A stretch of DNA of 63,013 nt, filler included, from Choristocarpus tenellus KU-1152 (Eukaryota > Protista > Phaeophyceae): the NCBI GenBank assembly GCA_964200185.2. It is 14 parts of 14 records of this genome, joined end to end, with 100 filler letters (N's around TTAATTAATTAA, not from the genome) between each part and the next. Parts side by side here need not be neighbours in the genome. Positions count along the whole stretch, not along the records: positions 8,162 to 17,007 come from CAXNAD020004263.1; positions 17,108 to 19,660 come from CAXNAD020026834.1; positions 19,761 to 22,792 come from CAXNAD020022803.1; positions 22,893 to 26,306 come from CAXNAD020020199.1; 10 more parts are not named here. One strand, given 5' to 3'. Below, in pieces: positions 13,432 to 25,414 of this stretch; the stretch's first letter is position 1; every line of letters starts with the position of its first letter. The position numbers and the translations under genes were made by a program. A model generated the notes under the pieces. It had not been told where the DNA came from, made no database searches, and worked only from the letters and a program-made list of their open reading frames with translations.

Positions 13432-16400
13432 CCGACATTTCAACCTAAACTCCTAAATGCTTTCAATTCCAAAAACTATATTTATCAGCATTAGTCAATT
13501 CCTCCAGAGACATAGTCCCCAGTGGTTGAGCTATGGCATGCACCTTTCTTCGTTCTGTGTGAGAAGATGAACCTATGCAAAAATGCAGCTTAGTTGTGAA
13601 CTGGAACCATGACAAGAATATCAGGTGCACTGGACATGTTCGAAAAAATGTTATGCGAGCCATAGTATCTTAGGGTTAGGGTAGAGCCACAACCATTTGG
13701 GGGACAAAATACAATTCTGTGATATCGATTCAATTTTGGCTATCGTGTTTGTTAGGAAGTGTCAATATCCTTGTTCTGGACACACCTTTTCATAAGGTAT
13801 ACCTTTTCATAACATACAAATTTACCTACCCCGAAATATTTAGGAGTAGGAAAATGTCATAAAAAACCCCATGGGAAGCCAAGCTCCAAACGGACAAACA
13901 GGGAAAAAATCGTACCCTAACCCTAAGATACTTTCACTCTGCCATGATGGGGACTCACAGGAGTAGGGATACAGCGAAATATAGAATGTGAGCAGCAGTA
14001 GCCATGACCCGACCAAACTTCTCCGATTTCAGATTTGTGCAAGAAGGACTTGGGCTACATCCTCAAATGCAACGGTCATACTACCCAACACAGGAGTTCA
14101 GAAAGTGAGATATTGACGTGATGCGTGATGTTTCTGCTGTTTGATTAAATTGTTGATTGCTGTTTCTACTAGTAGTCAATATTGATTGTGATCTGAGGGG
14201 AAAACTCCCTCCCACAGAATAAACAAAAACAAGTGGAGGACCTTCAACTTGAGGATGTTGCTACGAAACCTTAACCCTAAACCCTAACCTTGAGTAGTAA
14301 AACAAGGAAAGGGGAAAATTACTGGCTGAATTTCGTGTTGGGTTGGGGTATTTTAGAGTATATGATTTGTGCGTTCATAAGTGGAGACAGCATTTGGTAG
14401 GCAAGGGATCGTTCCTTGATATCTCCTCCCCTCACCTTGTGGCCCTCATTTCTTCAAGTCTGTCTTCTGTGAAGTCAGACTCCATTTCCTATAGATGGGG
14501 TAATAGTAGATGATATGATCCAGGTTCCATGCAATGAATTGAGAAAACATGTAAGAGAGGAGGCATGTGGTACAGGTGCAGGAAGGCGTTGTAGTGGTGG
14601 TGATGGGGGGTATTGGGTGACCTTACTGGAGAAAAGATCAAGAAGTAGAAAAGACAGCTTGGCCATAATGAGACTTGTTGTTGTCATTATTCTCATTGAC
14701 AAATTCACACAGAGTGTTGTTATCTCTCAGTCTACACTTTAAATTCATATCCATTCAAGTTCCATATTTCTGTTGAATAGGGTCACTCACTGCTCACTCA
14801 ACATATTGGGAGATCTTCCAAGGCAGGGTTGCAATGAAGCGCATGACTGCTTGAGCTAGCAGTATGAAGCATTTATGTGAAAGAGGAACTGACCTCCCTG
14901 ACCTCATTGAGAGCTACCCATGCCCTTTCCTCTGCAGCTTCTTCTGGAAGCTGAGCGTTCTGTAGTTTTGTGAGATTTTCAATCTGCACAAGCAGACACA
15001 ATGTACCATGTAGTGTGTCTAGGGTGAAAGGAGAGCTTAATGTGTAGCTGTGCATTGACCGATCAGGTGTTGTTCACACAGGGAAGATTGTTCACACTGG
15101 GAAGATTAGCCCTTCAATAATTTCTTAAGACCAGCAGAGAAGTGATTAAATTTGTAGCATTGTCTTTGCAATTTCAACGGCGTTTGAAGAGGAATGGTGG
15201 CTAAACCATGTTGACCTAACACCCATGCAAAACCAAGAATTCATATGAGTTTACTCCACGTTCTAAAATTAGTGTAGGCTCTACTACAGCGAACCTTTTG
15301 CCAAAGTAAGACATGCCAGAGACAACATATAATGGCGAAGCATTAAAGAGTTCCCGCATTCTCATTAATTGATACATAAAGCATACTTTTCTAGCACTTT
15401 ATAAAGGTTATATACCGTGATCGCTCATTCTTCCTGCTGCAACTGGCACCAAACTTCACTGTTCCCTCTGGATACCAATTTTGATCATTTACTCACAACT
15501 TTTACCTAGTCATAAAGCGTACTTTTCCAGCACTTCATAAGGGGTATATACTGTGATCGATCATTCTCTCTGCTGCAACTGGCATTGAACTTCACTCTTC
15601 CCTCCGGGTACGAATTTTGACCATTTTCTCACAACATTTACCTAGTTTTGTTCGGAACATTTTCTCATTTTACAGAGCAATGCAAACACCAATACGGTAT
15701 TGAAGTACCCCGATCTTCACTTTTATGGGGCGCATCTAGTATAGTAGGAATGTCCAGTGCAATGATCAGCACTCAACGCAATCAACATCTTGGTTCTGTG
15801 CTCAACTTAAAAATATGCCCAAAGAGGGTAATCTCAGGGACAGTGTTGAAAGGAAGAGCATGCAAAAGTGAGATTCAATGCATGTGTGTTAGCCACTGCT
15901 CTGAAGTGCAGTGCATACTTACTCAAGGGCACCACACACGCACCTTTCGCAGGTACTGTTCCTCATCCCGAATACGCCAATTCTCTTTCTCCTTCTCAAC
16001 CTCTTCCTCATGTTTCTGTGCGGCATCCACTCTTCTCCTCTCTTCCTCTTCCTCCCTCTCTCTGCGCTTGGCTGTAATAATGGACTCAATAACCTCCCAG
16101 CTTGTTTGTTGACTCTGATTGCTTGTTGAGGCATGTATGTGGGGTGGGTGAGTAGGTGGGTGGATGGGTGGGCGAGTTTGACGACAGATGGTTTTGTTAG
16201 AGTGAACATGGCTTTGCTGCTGAGGTGGACTGGCAGTCTTCAAATAAAAATGAGGGTTAGGAGCTGAGCGCTGATTAAGTCAGCACAACATAAATGGTAT
16301 CATCACTCCAGAGATCATTGGGATCACTGACTTTTGACCCACACATCACCCTTTGTGTTTCTAGAACCCGGGCATATAGAGCAAGTAAAATTTGCTGTAA

Positions 16401-16861
16401 GTCCTGCAGGTGCTATGCACTCCAAGGCAATTCCTTGTACTTTATAGTTAGCACCTGTGATGGTTGTGGTAATTATTCTTGAAATATATGTGGTAAGATC
16501 ATACAGGTAAGGGATGTTTACATCAACAGCATGGCCCATATATGTTTCATTAATTCAACGCAATTCATTCGCCCTGGATCCTTCCCTGCCCTCTTGTTCT
16601 TGGCATCTCCTATCAACTATCTAGAAACAACCTATGCCGAGTGCCATCTACTGATTCCTGTACTTTTCCTCATTTGCAGCCCATCCCTATCTCCACCTCT
16701 CCCAGAAAGCCCTCATGCTATCTAATCTCGGTGTTCTTCCCACCCAACCCTCCCACCTCATCGTATCCTGCAAATATTTCCTTCCGATGTCGTGCCATCT
16801 TTTCCCAATAACGAACTCCAATATATTTCCGTCGAATGCAACGCTGCAGCTGAAAGGCAGG
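11312..16861 (-). CDS. Partial multi-exon gene of unknown function; charged coiled-coil protein
   Basis: Phase-0 AG/GT exons: 16861-16757 (PAFQLQRCIRRKYIGVRYWEKMARHRKEIFAGYDE), 16114-15944 (SQQTSWEVIESIITAKRREREEEEERRR...YLRK), 14983-14903 (IENLTKLQNAQLPEEAAEERAWVALNE), 11692-11630 (EVLAEARAKARQQILTRFIKQ), 11389-11312 (EGEAVADRFSKEAKQQEADFEALKRM). The 5' part is beyond the linker and other exons may have been missed. Confidence 0.65.
13391..13428. repeat. (TA)n microsatellite
   Basis: Pure AT alternation. Confidence 0.9.
13657..13939. mobile_element. MITE family A, full copy with telomeric repeats in both TIRs
   Basis: GAGCCATAGTATCTTAGGGTTAGGGTA...TACCCTAACCCTAAGATACTTTCACTC. Flanks are ATGC/TGCC (imperfect TSD). 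Lies in an intron of the 11312-16861 gene. Confidence 0.9.
15375..15646. repeat. Diverged tandem duplication, 2 x 136 bp (intronic)
   Basis: cataaagc...tttacctagt at 15375-15510 and 15511-15646. Confidence 0.85.
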
Positions 16862-17215
16862 CTGTAGAACCTGAGGGTTCTCCTCCACCACCTTGGGTAA
16901 AGAAAATAAAGATATGTGGATAAATAGATGGGGGGGGGGGGGGGGAGGGAGGGGGCCATCTGTAGATTGCTGTACCAGGACGACAGGGGAAGAGATGCAA
17001 TGACTCTNNNNNNNNNNNNNNNNNNNNNNNNNNNNNNNNNNNNNNNNNNNNTTAATTAATTAANNNNNNNNNNNNNNNNNNNNNNNNNNNNNNNNNNNNN
17101 NNNNNNNTTTGTTGCATACTTTAAGTTACACCCTATTCTTCTCCCCTCCATCACAACATCTGAAAAATATCAATGGGGATAACACAATATGATGTTGCTA
17201 ATATCGTATATCAGT

Positions 17216-17460
17216 TTCGACGTAAACACCTCGTGGTGGAAAGGTTTTGGCGTCTAGGCACACAGGCAGAGCAATTCCTGAGTGAACTGGTGACCCATGT
17301 GGTGGGTGGTAGGGGGACCATGGGTTTTAGTTGGAAGGGGGCAGTGAAGGCACGCCTTCAACAGAACAGTCGCAGCACAAGTGGCATGCAGTTCAGACTG
17401 AAGACACCGGCCCAGTGGGCAAGACAGACCTCGACTGACTCATGGGACTCTTTCTTATTT
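17216..17460 (+). mobile_element. 3' relic of an RLE-type (CRE/R2-like) non-LTR retrotransposon
   Basis: Translates as HLVVERFWRLGTQAEQFLSELVTHVVGGRG...KGAVKARLQQ. This resembles the 'P.VVETFG.LG..A..FL..L' motif downstream of the restriction-like endonuclease. Confidence 0.6.
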
Positions 17461-17599
17461 CTAGGCCGCCTTCTTAAGAACATTTTAGGAGCAGATTCAG
17501 CAACATTTTTTGTGTCGGGTGTCACTGGGCATAATTATATACTGGAGTATATACAGTAATATATTTCACTATAAACATGTATTCTTCCCCGAGGTTCAA

Positions 17600-17900
17600 G
17601 TAGACTGATACCTCCAACAACTCTAACTATCAACAGCGTTGCTACTGCTGCGGCATTCGAAGCCCCTCAGAGCAACCGCTACAAGGTATATTTTGACCCT
17701 CGTAACTCTTACGTCCAACGTCTTAACGGTGGAAACCTTCGGCCGCCTCTACGCACATAGGTTAATCAACTTCTGGGTGACGTGGTGACCCATATTGTGG
17801 GTGGTAGGGTTACTGAGGTATTTTTCGGAAGGGAGTAGTTGAAGACACTCCCTCAACACTATGTGTCAGTAACTCATCTAAAACGAATTTCCAGACGTGT
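17600..17900 (+). mobile_element. Second, frameshifted 3' relic of the same RLE-type retrotransposon family
   Basis: AAAFEAPQSNRYKVYFDP / VETFGRL / LLGDVVTHIVGGR across frameshifts. DNA similar to 17230-17360. Confidence 0.55.
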
Positions 17901-18439
17901 CAATGCGTTATAAACTACGTGTGATACTGGTTTGATGGCCTAGGAGTGGTTTGACTGAGTGGTGGTGTTATTAAGGAACTGTTTCAACCATTGTTGTTTC
18001 AGTAGAATTCTTTATTGTTTTATCTACAATAAAAATAAAACTCTTAGTGGTGTATGTAATGCATGTCATTTTTGCTTTGATTGTTTGGTTTATTATACCC
18101 ATACAACAGCAATACAATAACCCGTATATTAATTTTATTATTATGCCCTCTGACATTTTGCAGATGTGTCAGGGGGGAACAAACGAAACCCGTATACTTT
18201 TTTGCTGTACAATAAAAGGTATACGCTATGTACGCATCGATAATTATTATTCTATCAATAATACCACCCTACCGTTTGACCGGGTCTGACTATGATATTG
18301 TTGAAACGACATTTTGGAAGGGAACTGTTTGTGTGTACGCGTTTTGTTTTACCCTATCAGAAATATGGTCACTCACAGTTGAACTTTACCCATTTCTACT
18401 GTGTTTTTTTTTATATATTGTGGTTTCAATTGTAAGTTA

Positions 18440-18624
18440 GACCTAAAGTATATCTGGGAGGGGGGGGGAGTCTACGCCAGGGTGTCCATTTGGACCATAA
18501 TCAGGAAAGGTGCACATACATACATTATCCATCCGATATACGCAACCAAATCACCAAAAAATCGCAACATGAAAAAATTGGTCCCAAGTGGACAGTCGCC
18601 ACCCCTCCCCAGATACTTTGAGCC
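18440..18624. mobile_element. MITE family B, full copy
   Basis: GACCTAAAGTA(TA)TCTGGGAGGGG...CCCCAGATACTTTGAGCC, flanked by TTA/TTA (or TTAG). Confidence 0.9.
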
Positions 18625-19197
18625 TTAGGTTCTATGTGACGTATAAAGACATGGATAAGTATACATCTCTCTTACTTTTTTGTTGTACATGGAAAATTTG
18701 GAAATATTCATAATTATTATGTGGATAGTGTGTGTGGTTCACTGTGAGGAGATTTCCATAAAATGAATTCTCATGCTACCAGATTTGAATCTTTCCACTT
18801 CTTCGACCAATGTTAATAATGTTGACTGACTGTTTTAATGCTATGTATTGTAAGACGAGAGGTTTTGAATGCCATTAAGATAACAACTTACAACGACACT
18901 CACTGCCTGTTGTATGTTTTGAGAGTTAGTTTAGACAAACTCTATCGGCATTTAGTACGACATGCATGGATTGAATCTTATGAATATCGGAAGGACCACA
19001 TTTTTGAATTGGGATGGTTAGAGGAATAAATATTCTCACCACATTTTTTAGTGGGGACTAAGCACATGTACCACTCACTCCTTGCACAAACTAAAATGAA
19101 TGTACTGGCTGTAACTATAATAGAACAAATTGTACTGATTGCATTCGTACATTGCTTCTCGCACATTGAGTTCAGCAATCACACCACCATCACTCCA

Positions 19198-19454
19198 GAG
19201 TGAAAGTATCTTAGAGGGTACGAGTTTTACCCTTTTTGTCCATTTGGGACTTGGCTTCCCATGTTTTATTTATGACATTTTCCTACTGCAAAATGTTTAG
19301 GAGTAGGTAAAATGTGTATGTTACGAAAAGATGTGTCCGAAACATAGATATTGATACCTCCTAACGAACACGTAGCCAAAATTACATCAAAAACGCAACA
19401 TTGGATTTTGACCCCCAAATGGACACGACTCTACCCTCTCAGATACTTTGACTC
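19198..19454. mobile_element. MITE family A, full copy (257 bp; GAG...CTC termini, 4-bp TSD; Sola-like non-autonomous DNA transposon)
   Basis: TIRs GAGTGAAAGTATCTTAGAGGGTA...TACCCTCTCAGATACTTTGACTC; TSD TCCA/TCCA. Confidence 0.92.
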
Positions 19455-19574
19455 TCCACCTCTTCCCTCGAATCTTGTGGTCAGCCGACCGCATTAACCT
19501 TAACTTAGCATTAATCCTTGTCACCTCATATTCTTGATCTTCTGCTGTTTTTTTCTGACAAAGGAATAGATAGG

Positions 19575-19660
19575 ATAGTAGTATCCTCAACACCTTTGCG
19601 GTGGAAAGTTTTGGGCGCCCTGGCAAGCAAGCGGAAAGCTTCCTGGATGAGCTGGCTACC
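19575..19660 (+). mobile_element. Third relic of the RLE-type non-LTR retrotransposon
   Basis: Translates as ILNTFAVESFGRPGKQAESFLDELAT; cut by the linker. Confidence 0.55.
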
Positions 19661-20172
19661 NNNNNNNNNNNNNNNNNNNNNNNNNNNNNNNNNNNNNNNN
19701 NNNNTTAATTAATTAANNNNNNNNNNNNNNNNNNNNNNNNNNNNNNNNNNNNNNNNNNNNAACATGCTCTGAAACAGTACAGTGTCATTTAGGATCAGCA
19801 ACCCCCCCATACCCCCCGTCAGAATCCATTGCCATCACGGACGATTTGAACCAGACACCTGAGCAGTTGTCTACTATCCTAACAAAAGTAGGGTGGACCT
19901 TCCAATTCCAAGCCTTGGAGAGCCACAAGGGGAAGCCCCAAACCCAGGCACACACCAATCAATGTACGTCTGCTTCAACACACAGACAGAATGGGGTGAC
20001 CTTGGTTAGACATTTCCTCATCACTACGCCAACCTCAGTTACTCGTAGCCGCCACCAGAGCCAAAAACTACAGCGGATTATATCTGCCTGTGGCCACAGG
20101 AACATGCTCTGAAACAGTACAGTGTCATTTAGGATCAGCAACCCCCCCATACCCCCCCCACCCCCCCCCCAC

Positions 20173-22792
20173 CTGCATACAGTCCATCTCGTCCTCGTGA
20201 GACCGTATAAACACCGAGGATGACAGCGAAAGGGGTAGGCTCTGGCTCAGGTCGGCATGCTCTTGCCCCAGTCGCTTTACCCTCTGCTTGTTCAAACGGT
20301 GTGAGCTGCTTGCCACGGCCTTGAATGAGTACCCATCAAGATCTGGAACTTCCACATACTGCACAAGAAAGGAACCCCCCCCCCCCAATAAAAAACACAT
20401 AAAACCACCCGGCACAAAACCCCTTCAGCCAGATAAACATACAAAACAACAAAAANNNNNNNNNNCTTCCCCCGCCCTTAAATGAACCCAAATAAAAACT
20501 GGAAACTTCAACAACCTCCACAAAAAAGGACCCCCCCCCCCCCCCAATAAAAAAATAATAAAAATAGCAGGAACAAAGCACATTCAGCCAGATACACATA
20601 CACACACACAAACATGGACATATGCATCAAGTTCAGGGTTAGGGATGTTGGGAAGTGCCAATCGATAGATCCAGTTTAGGGTTAGGGGTAGTTGAAAGAG
20701 AGGACAAGTCGAACCTACATCAAATTTGGATACAACTGGGCTTGGATATGATTTCAAATGAGAACACAAACGTTTCGTGAAACAGGATGGGGGGATGCGT
20801 GGTTTGCAGTCTGAACCTCGCCCCCCACATACAAACTCCTGCCCATTGTAATGTTCAGCAACCAAAATGATATAGGGTACTTCCACACTGGCTCCAGAGA
20901 GTGTCCTATGGGTATACACATCATGTGTGCAGTGAGCAGGGCATGGCAATACTATATATATATACATACAGAATGCATACAAAGATTTTTCAGACGAAAA
21001 AAAAAGCTCAAAGTGGTTCACAAATATATGTTTATACCACTCAATACACCTAAATGCACTACATGTTCAGTAGGGAGTACATTAGGTACATACACTACAT
21101 ATATATAGACACACAGTCATAAAAAAAAAAGTATATATATTTTTTTAATATAGAAATTAAAAAAGTAGAAATATCATATTCTAAAAAAGGAGTACACCCT
21201 ACTGCAGGTACACCTAACCCTAACCCTGCAGGTACACCACCGGTCATCTCTGTATCCAAAAATAAAAAAATAAATACATTACACACTCAACAGTGCGGGT
21301 TAGTAACCAATACAAAAAAGAGTGTTGTTACAAAAAATGCAACCCACATTGTAGATACCATAGCTCCTAAACAAAGACGCTTTACATCAAAATAGGAGCA
21401 AGGACATTACGCAGGGGGCTGACTTGACGTAAAAAAATAAAAAAATACAGACACCGCACCACTATAGCTCTCCCACTAGGGTTAGGGTTATAGGTTGGAC
21501 GCACGTGAGCAGAACAGACACACTTCAACATACCTAGACATATACATACACATACGCATACGCATACGCATACGCATACGCATACGCACACACAGCCCCT
21601 CTGTTCATCAGCTCAGAAACAGGTCTGAAAATGGGCAGGCAGGTCATTAAATGCACACAGCAAAAGAGTATACAAATATTTTCACCACTTCTCACCAGGG
21701 TTCTTGTCCCCCAAAAAAAAGAAAAAAGAAAAAAGAAAGCACGAATGAGGTTATGTTCCAATCTCAGTCCTAACCCTAACCCTAACCCTAACCTAATCCG
21801 GCCTGGCCTTATTAATCTATATTCAAAGTCGACCGCTGTGAAGCCACAACAAACGCCTTTCCCGGAACAATACTTTTCCTCACCAAAAAAAAAACCCCGA
21901 ACAACAACAACAAAAAATGTTCCAACCAACCGGCGCTGAGCAGGGGAGGGCCTATGTATGTACATACACCTTCATCATCTGAATTTCAAAGATCACAATG
22001 GCACTGCGTTCAGCTCAAGACTGACCATATTCGCTTCAAATAGAGTGAACTACAAGTCCATCCAACAGAGCGAGTTTACTGAGAGTCAGGACAGGTGGGG
22101 AGGAAAGAGGGAATGGATGCGGAAACCCTTCCTGGATGTAGTGTGGACGAAGACATACACACACACAGATACAAAGACAGACAGACAGACACAGAGACAA
22201 AGACAAAGATCCATATACTCACAAGAGCTTCTTTTGTCAAGCTCAATTCGCACTGTCACCACCCGCCTAGTACAATAAGAATAAAAAAGAACAAGTTTGG
22301 CCCGTGTAAGTAGATCAAAAACAAAAAAATAGGGGTTTCCAACGTCATGGAAAGGCAAAATGTTCATTATCCTAACAACACCTACCCCACCTGATTTAAA
22401 ATTTTGAAATATAACGAAGACTCACACCACTTCTTCTTTGAAATATAACTTCAACGAACTCTAAGGACCTCCCAGGCACAGGCAGTACAAATAATACCAC
22501 TTTCCCCTCCCCCCCCCAAAAAAAACAAAAAAAACACACACACACACATATAAAAAAATCACACTCCGAGGTACATCAATAATCATTAATCAATCAATAT
22601 GTACCCAAGTAGATCACACCTGAAGCGGTTTCATGACCCTCTGGTACTCCTCCCAAGCTTCAGATGAGTCATCCGAGCTGCCCTCCCATGTCATCTTCCC
22701 TTCTTCCCCTTCCCGCAGGTCCCCCTGCCCCTCCCCCTGCCCCTCACTTGCCATAGCCCCCCCTGCTGCTCCGCCCGCCTCACCTCCTGAAG
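20173..22792 (-). CDS. BIRC6/BRUCE-like UBC-domain ubiquitin-conjugating enzyme (partial, 2 exons)
   Basis: Exon 22792-22620 (...SEAWEEYQRVMKPLQ) splices in phase 0 to exon 20358-20173 (YVEVPDLDGYSFK...RVKRLGQEHADLSQSLPLSLSSSVFIRSHEDEMDCMQ). This matches the BIRC6 pre-UBC/UBC start 'Y..VMK.LQ...RRLAQE...LSTSLPLS.SSSVFVR.DE.R.D.M'. The catalytic-Cys exon is not in this contig. Confidence 0.85.
21551..21588. repeat. (CATACG)6 microsatellite, intronic
   Basis: Direct reading. Confidence 0.9.
21769..21796. repeat. Interstitial telomeric repeat, about 4 units of CCCTAA, intronic
   Basis: cctaaccctaaccctaaccctaacctaa. Confidence 0.9.
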
Positions 22793-22969
22793 NNNNNNNN
22801 NNNNNNNNNNNNNNNNNNNNNNNNNNNNNNNNNNNNTTAATTAATTAANNNNNNNNNNNNNNNNNNNNNNNNNNNNNNNNNNNNNNNNNNNNCTCTAGCC
22901 AGGAGATGCGCCTTGTTCCCCTCCTGCCTCCAACCCCCCCTTCCCCCCCTTCTCTTTCCTTTCCCCCAG

Positions 22970-25414
22970 GTGATGACGAACTTACAGTGCCACAAGAGTT
23001 TCCGCCGCTGCATTGAGGAGTCAGATCCAGATCTGGTGATATCTGTGCACCCACTTTGTCAAGACCTGCCTATGCGGGTTATGAAGAAGATGGGGGGCGG
23101 CAAGCGAGACATTCCCTTTGTCACTGTGGTTACCGACCTTGGTGGAGCGCACCCCACATGGTGAGAGGACTGACAACAGAGAGTCTGAACTATAGCTGTA
23201 CACCTCCCTCCCCCCTACACCTCTTTGGCCGCCATTGTATGATACTACTTGAAGGAGGACAGAGGAGCGGGTGTATGGGCTAGGCTTTCTGTTTTTAGGA
23301 GGTGTGGCGCATATCTGACGCACAGGGTTACTAGTAGTGCTGTTGTATAGTTGAAGTTGGAAAGGAGAACATGAGCCACCAACAATGCCTCCTAAATGAG
23401 AGATCTGATAGAGGAACGCTCTAGGCCCTAGGTAACTCCTGGTACTGATGTGCAGGGGCTCAATGGCCAAGAGTTTATTTAGTCAAGTAGGAGGAGAATA
23501 TATGTTTTCACTGTCCATGCCCGCCATCTCCACCCTCCATATGCACAGTTCGTCACATGCCTCAAAGGGCGTACCACAAACTCCTGCCTCCCATGCCCCC
23601 CCCTTCCAATGAAATCCATCCAAAGGTTCCATCCCGATATAGATGCTTGCTTTGTCCCAAGTGAGCCCTTGGCTCGCCTTGCACGATTGTGTGGCCTATC
23701 AGAGCACCAGATTCGCTTGCATGGCCTTCCCATCCGTCCTGGGTTCTGGTCAGGGCTGGAGGGGGGTGAACAGGCCAAGGGGCAGCTCCAGCGTAAGCTT
23801 GGGCTCAAGCCGGGCGTGAAGACCTGCCTTGTTGTTGGTGGAGGGGATGGTGTCGGGAGGTTGGCAGGCATTGCTGATTCTGTGGGTACCAGGCTTGGGA
23901 TGGGGGCAGAGGAGACTCAGGTATGAGGACCTAGCGAAGGTACTGCCCTCACTGAAGGTTTCACAGATTCGCATGACTCAGTTATACGCAACCAATATGG
24001 TAGATGGTAGAAATTGAACATTAAGGCAAGAGACTGACTGGTGGCAGGTACGCCTGTGGTTTGGGGACGTGGGTTCTTGTGAGGTCAACATACTTTTTTG
24101 GCGAGGTTGGGACAATGGGTAGTAGGGGCTGCACGGTGAGATGTAAAATGAACGACTTATTTTGAGAAGACATGACTGTATGCTTGGCTCATCTTTGACA
24201 CAAAATCAATGACTCCCTGCCTATTGGTGTTAGGAAACAGTGGTGGCACCAGTTTTTGGTCTGAGAAGGCGCCTAGAATACCAATATGCCTCTCTCAGGA
24301 AGTAACAGACATTAGGCAGAGGTTGGCATGGGTCCTTCAATTTATTTTGTTGCTGTGTTGAAAGATTTATCTTGATGTGAAAGAAGTAATCTGAAGGCAA
24401 GGTAATGCATGCTACGTCTGATTTTTTATTGAAATGTCTGATGACTGGCCAAGGGTATGCCTTGGGTTTTTCCCGCATGGCAGATGACTTGTGTGTGATA
24501 CAGGGAAATTTCAAGAGTCCTCCGTCTATTGACAAGGAGGCTTAATCACAACAGTCTAATTGGAAAGGGTGTGATCTATGCAGTCTGAAAAAGAGTACCC
24601 CTTGCCCTAACTTATGTCTTGTTGATGAAGACCTTGAGGAGGTGTGTTCATGACATCACCAATGTCTAGAGACTTTGCCGTGTCCTCTCCCACAGGTGAA
24701 TGAGTGCTGTTTTGCGCCCATCCCTTCATCACTTTTCGGATTTTGGAAGTGTGTTGAGTACTAATGTTTAGTGGCGGGGAGCAGTGGCGTTTGGGATACA
24801 TGAGAATCTATTGTGTACTTTTGAGGCCTCCTATACTGGCTGATTGTACTCCATGTTATGACTGCCCTCTTGTGGGGCTTTGTCTCTGCTTCTGGTCGGT
24901 CTGTTAATTTCTTTTATTTGTTCTGGTTGCTTGTACCAGCAGTAGCACACATCTTTACGGCCTCCCTCGAGGTGAATACCCCAGCATTGTTGTGTACTAC
25001 TCCGAAGCATACTATTGTAGTCAAGAGTATAACCGTGGCTCCTCTTTTAGAAGAGTCTTCTTACATCGTTCACCCGTTCACAACTGCAATACAAGAGACA
25101 GTAGGACTGCACTGTACCCCCATCCCCTCGTGCACACACGTACATCCATATATATACATATATATGTATATATATATATACAAAATATTCAAGAGCCTGG
25201 TTGTACACTCTTCCCTCTCCAGCGAATTGTTTGCAACAGTCAAAACACGTTCCGTGATGCTTGCAAATTTGTACTCGATTTTTTTTTTGTTTTTTGGTAT
25301 GGTTTTGACATTTATGTGTCCTGGCAGGTTGTGGTGGTGTGTGGCACGAATGACAAGGTAAAGGTGTCGCTCGAGAAGAGGGACTGGTCCTCCAAGGTGC
25401 ACATGCATGTTAAG
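22970..25414 (+). CDS. MGD: Monogalactosyldiacylglycerol synthase (GT28), partial, 3 internal exons
   Basis: Exons 22970-23160 (PDLVISVHPLCQ...PFVTVVTDLGGAHPTW), 23626-23920 (FHPDIDACFVPSE...HGLPIRPGF...LVVGGGDGVG) and 25328-25414 (VVVVCGTN...HVK). GT-AG sites and phases are consistent, and the motifs are hallmark MGDG synthase. Confidence 0.93.

Noticed and set aside
19761-20157. Identical 57-bp direct repeat at 19761 and 20101
   Set aside because: One copy starts exactly at a contig edge and both end in poly-C, so this is most likely an assembly overlap or collapsed tandem repeat.
21534-21965. ORFs with GLGLGL/NPNPNP and AYAYAY repeats
   Set aside because: These are translations of telomeric and CATACG microsatellites inside an intron.
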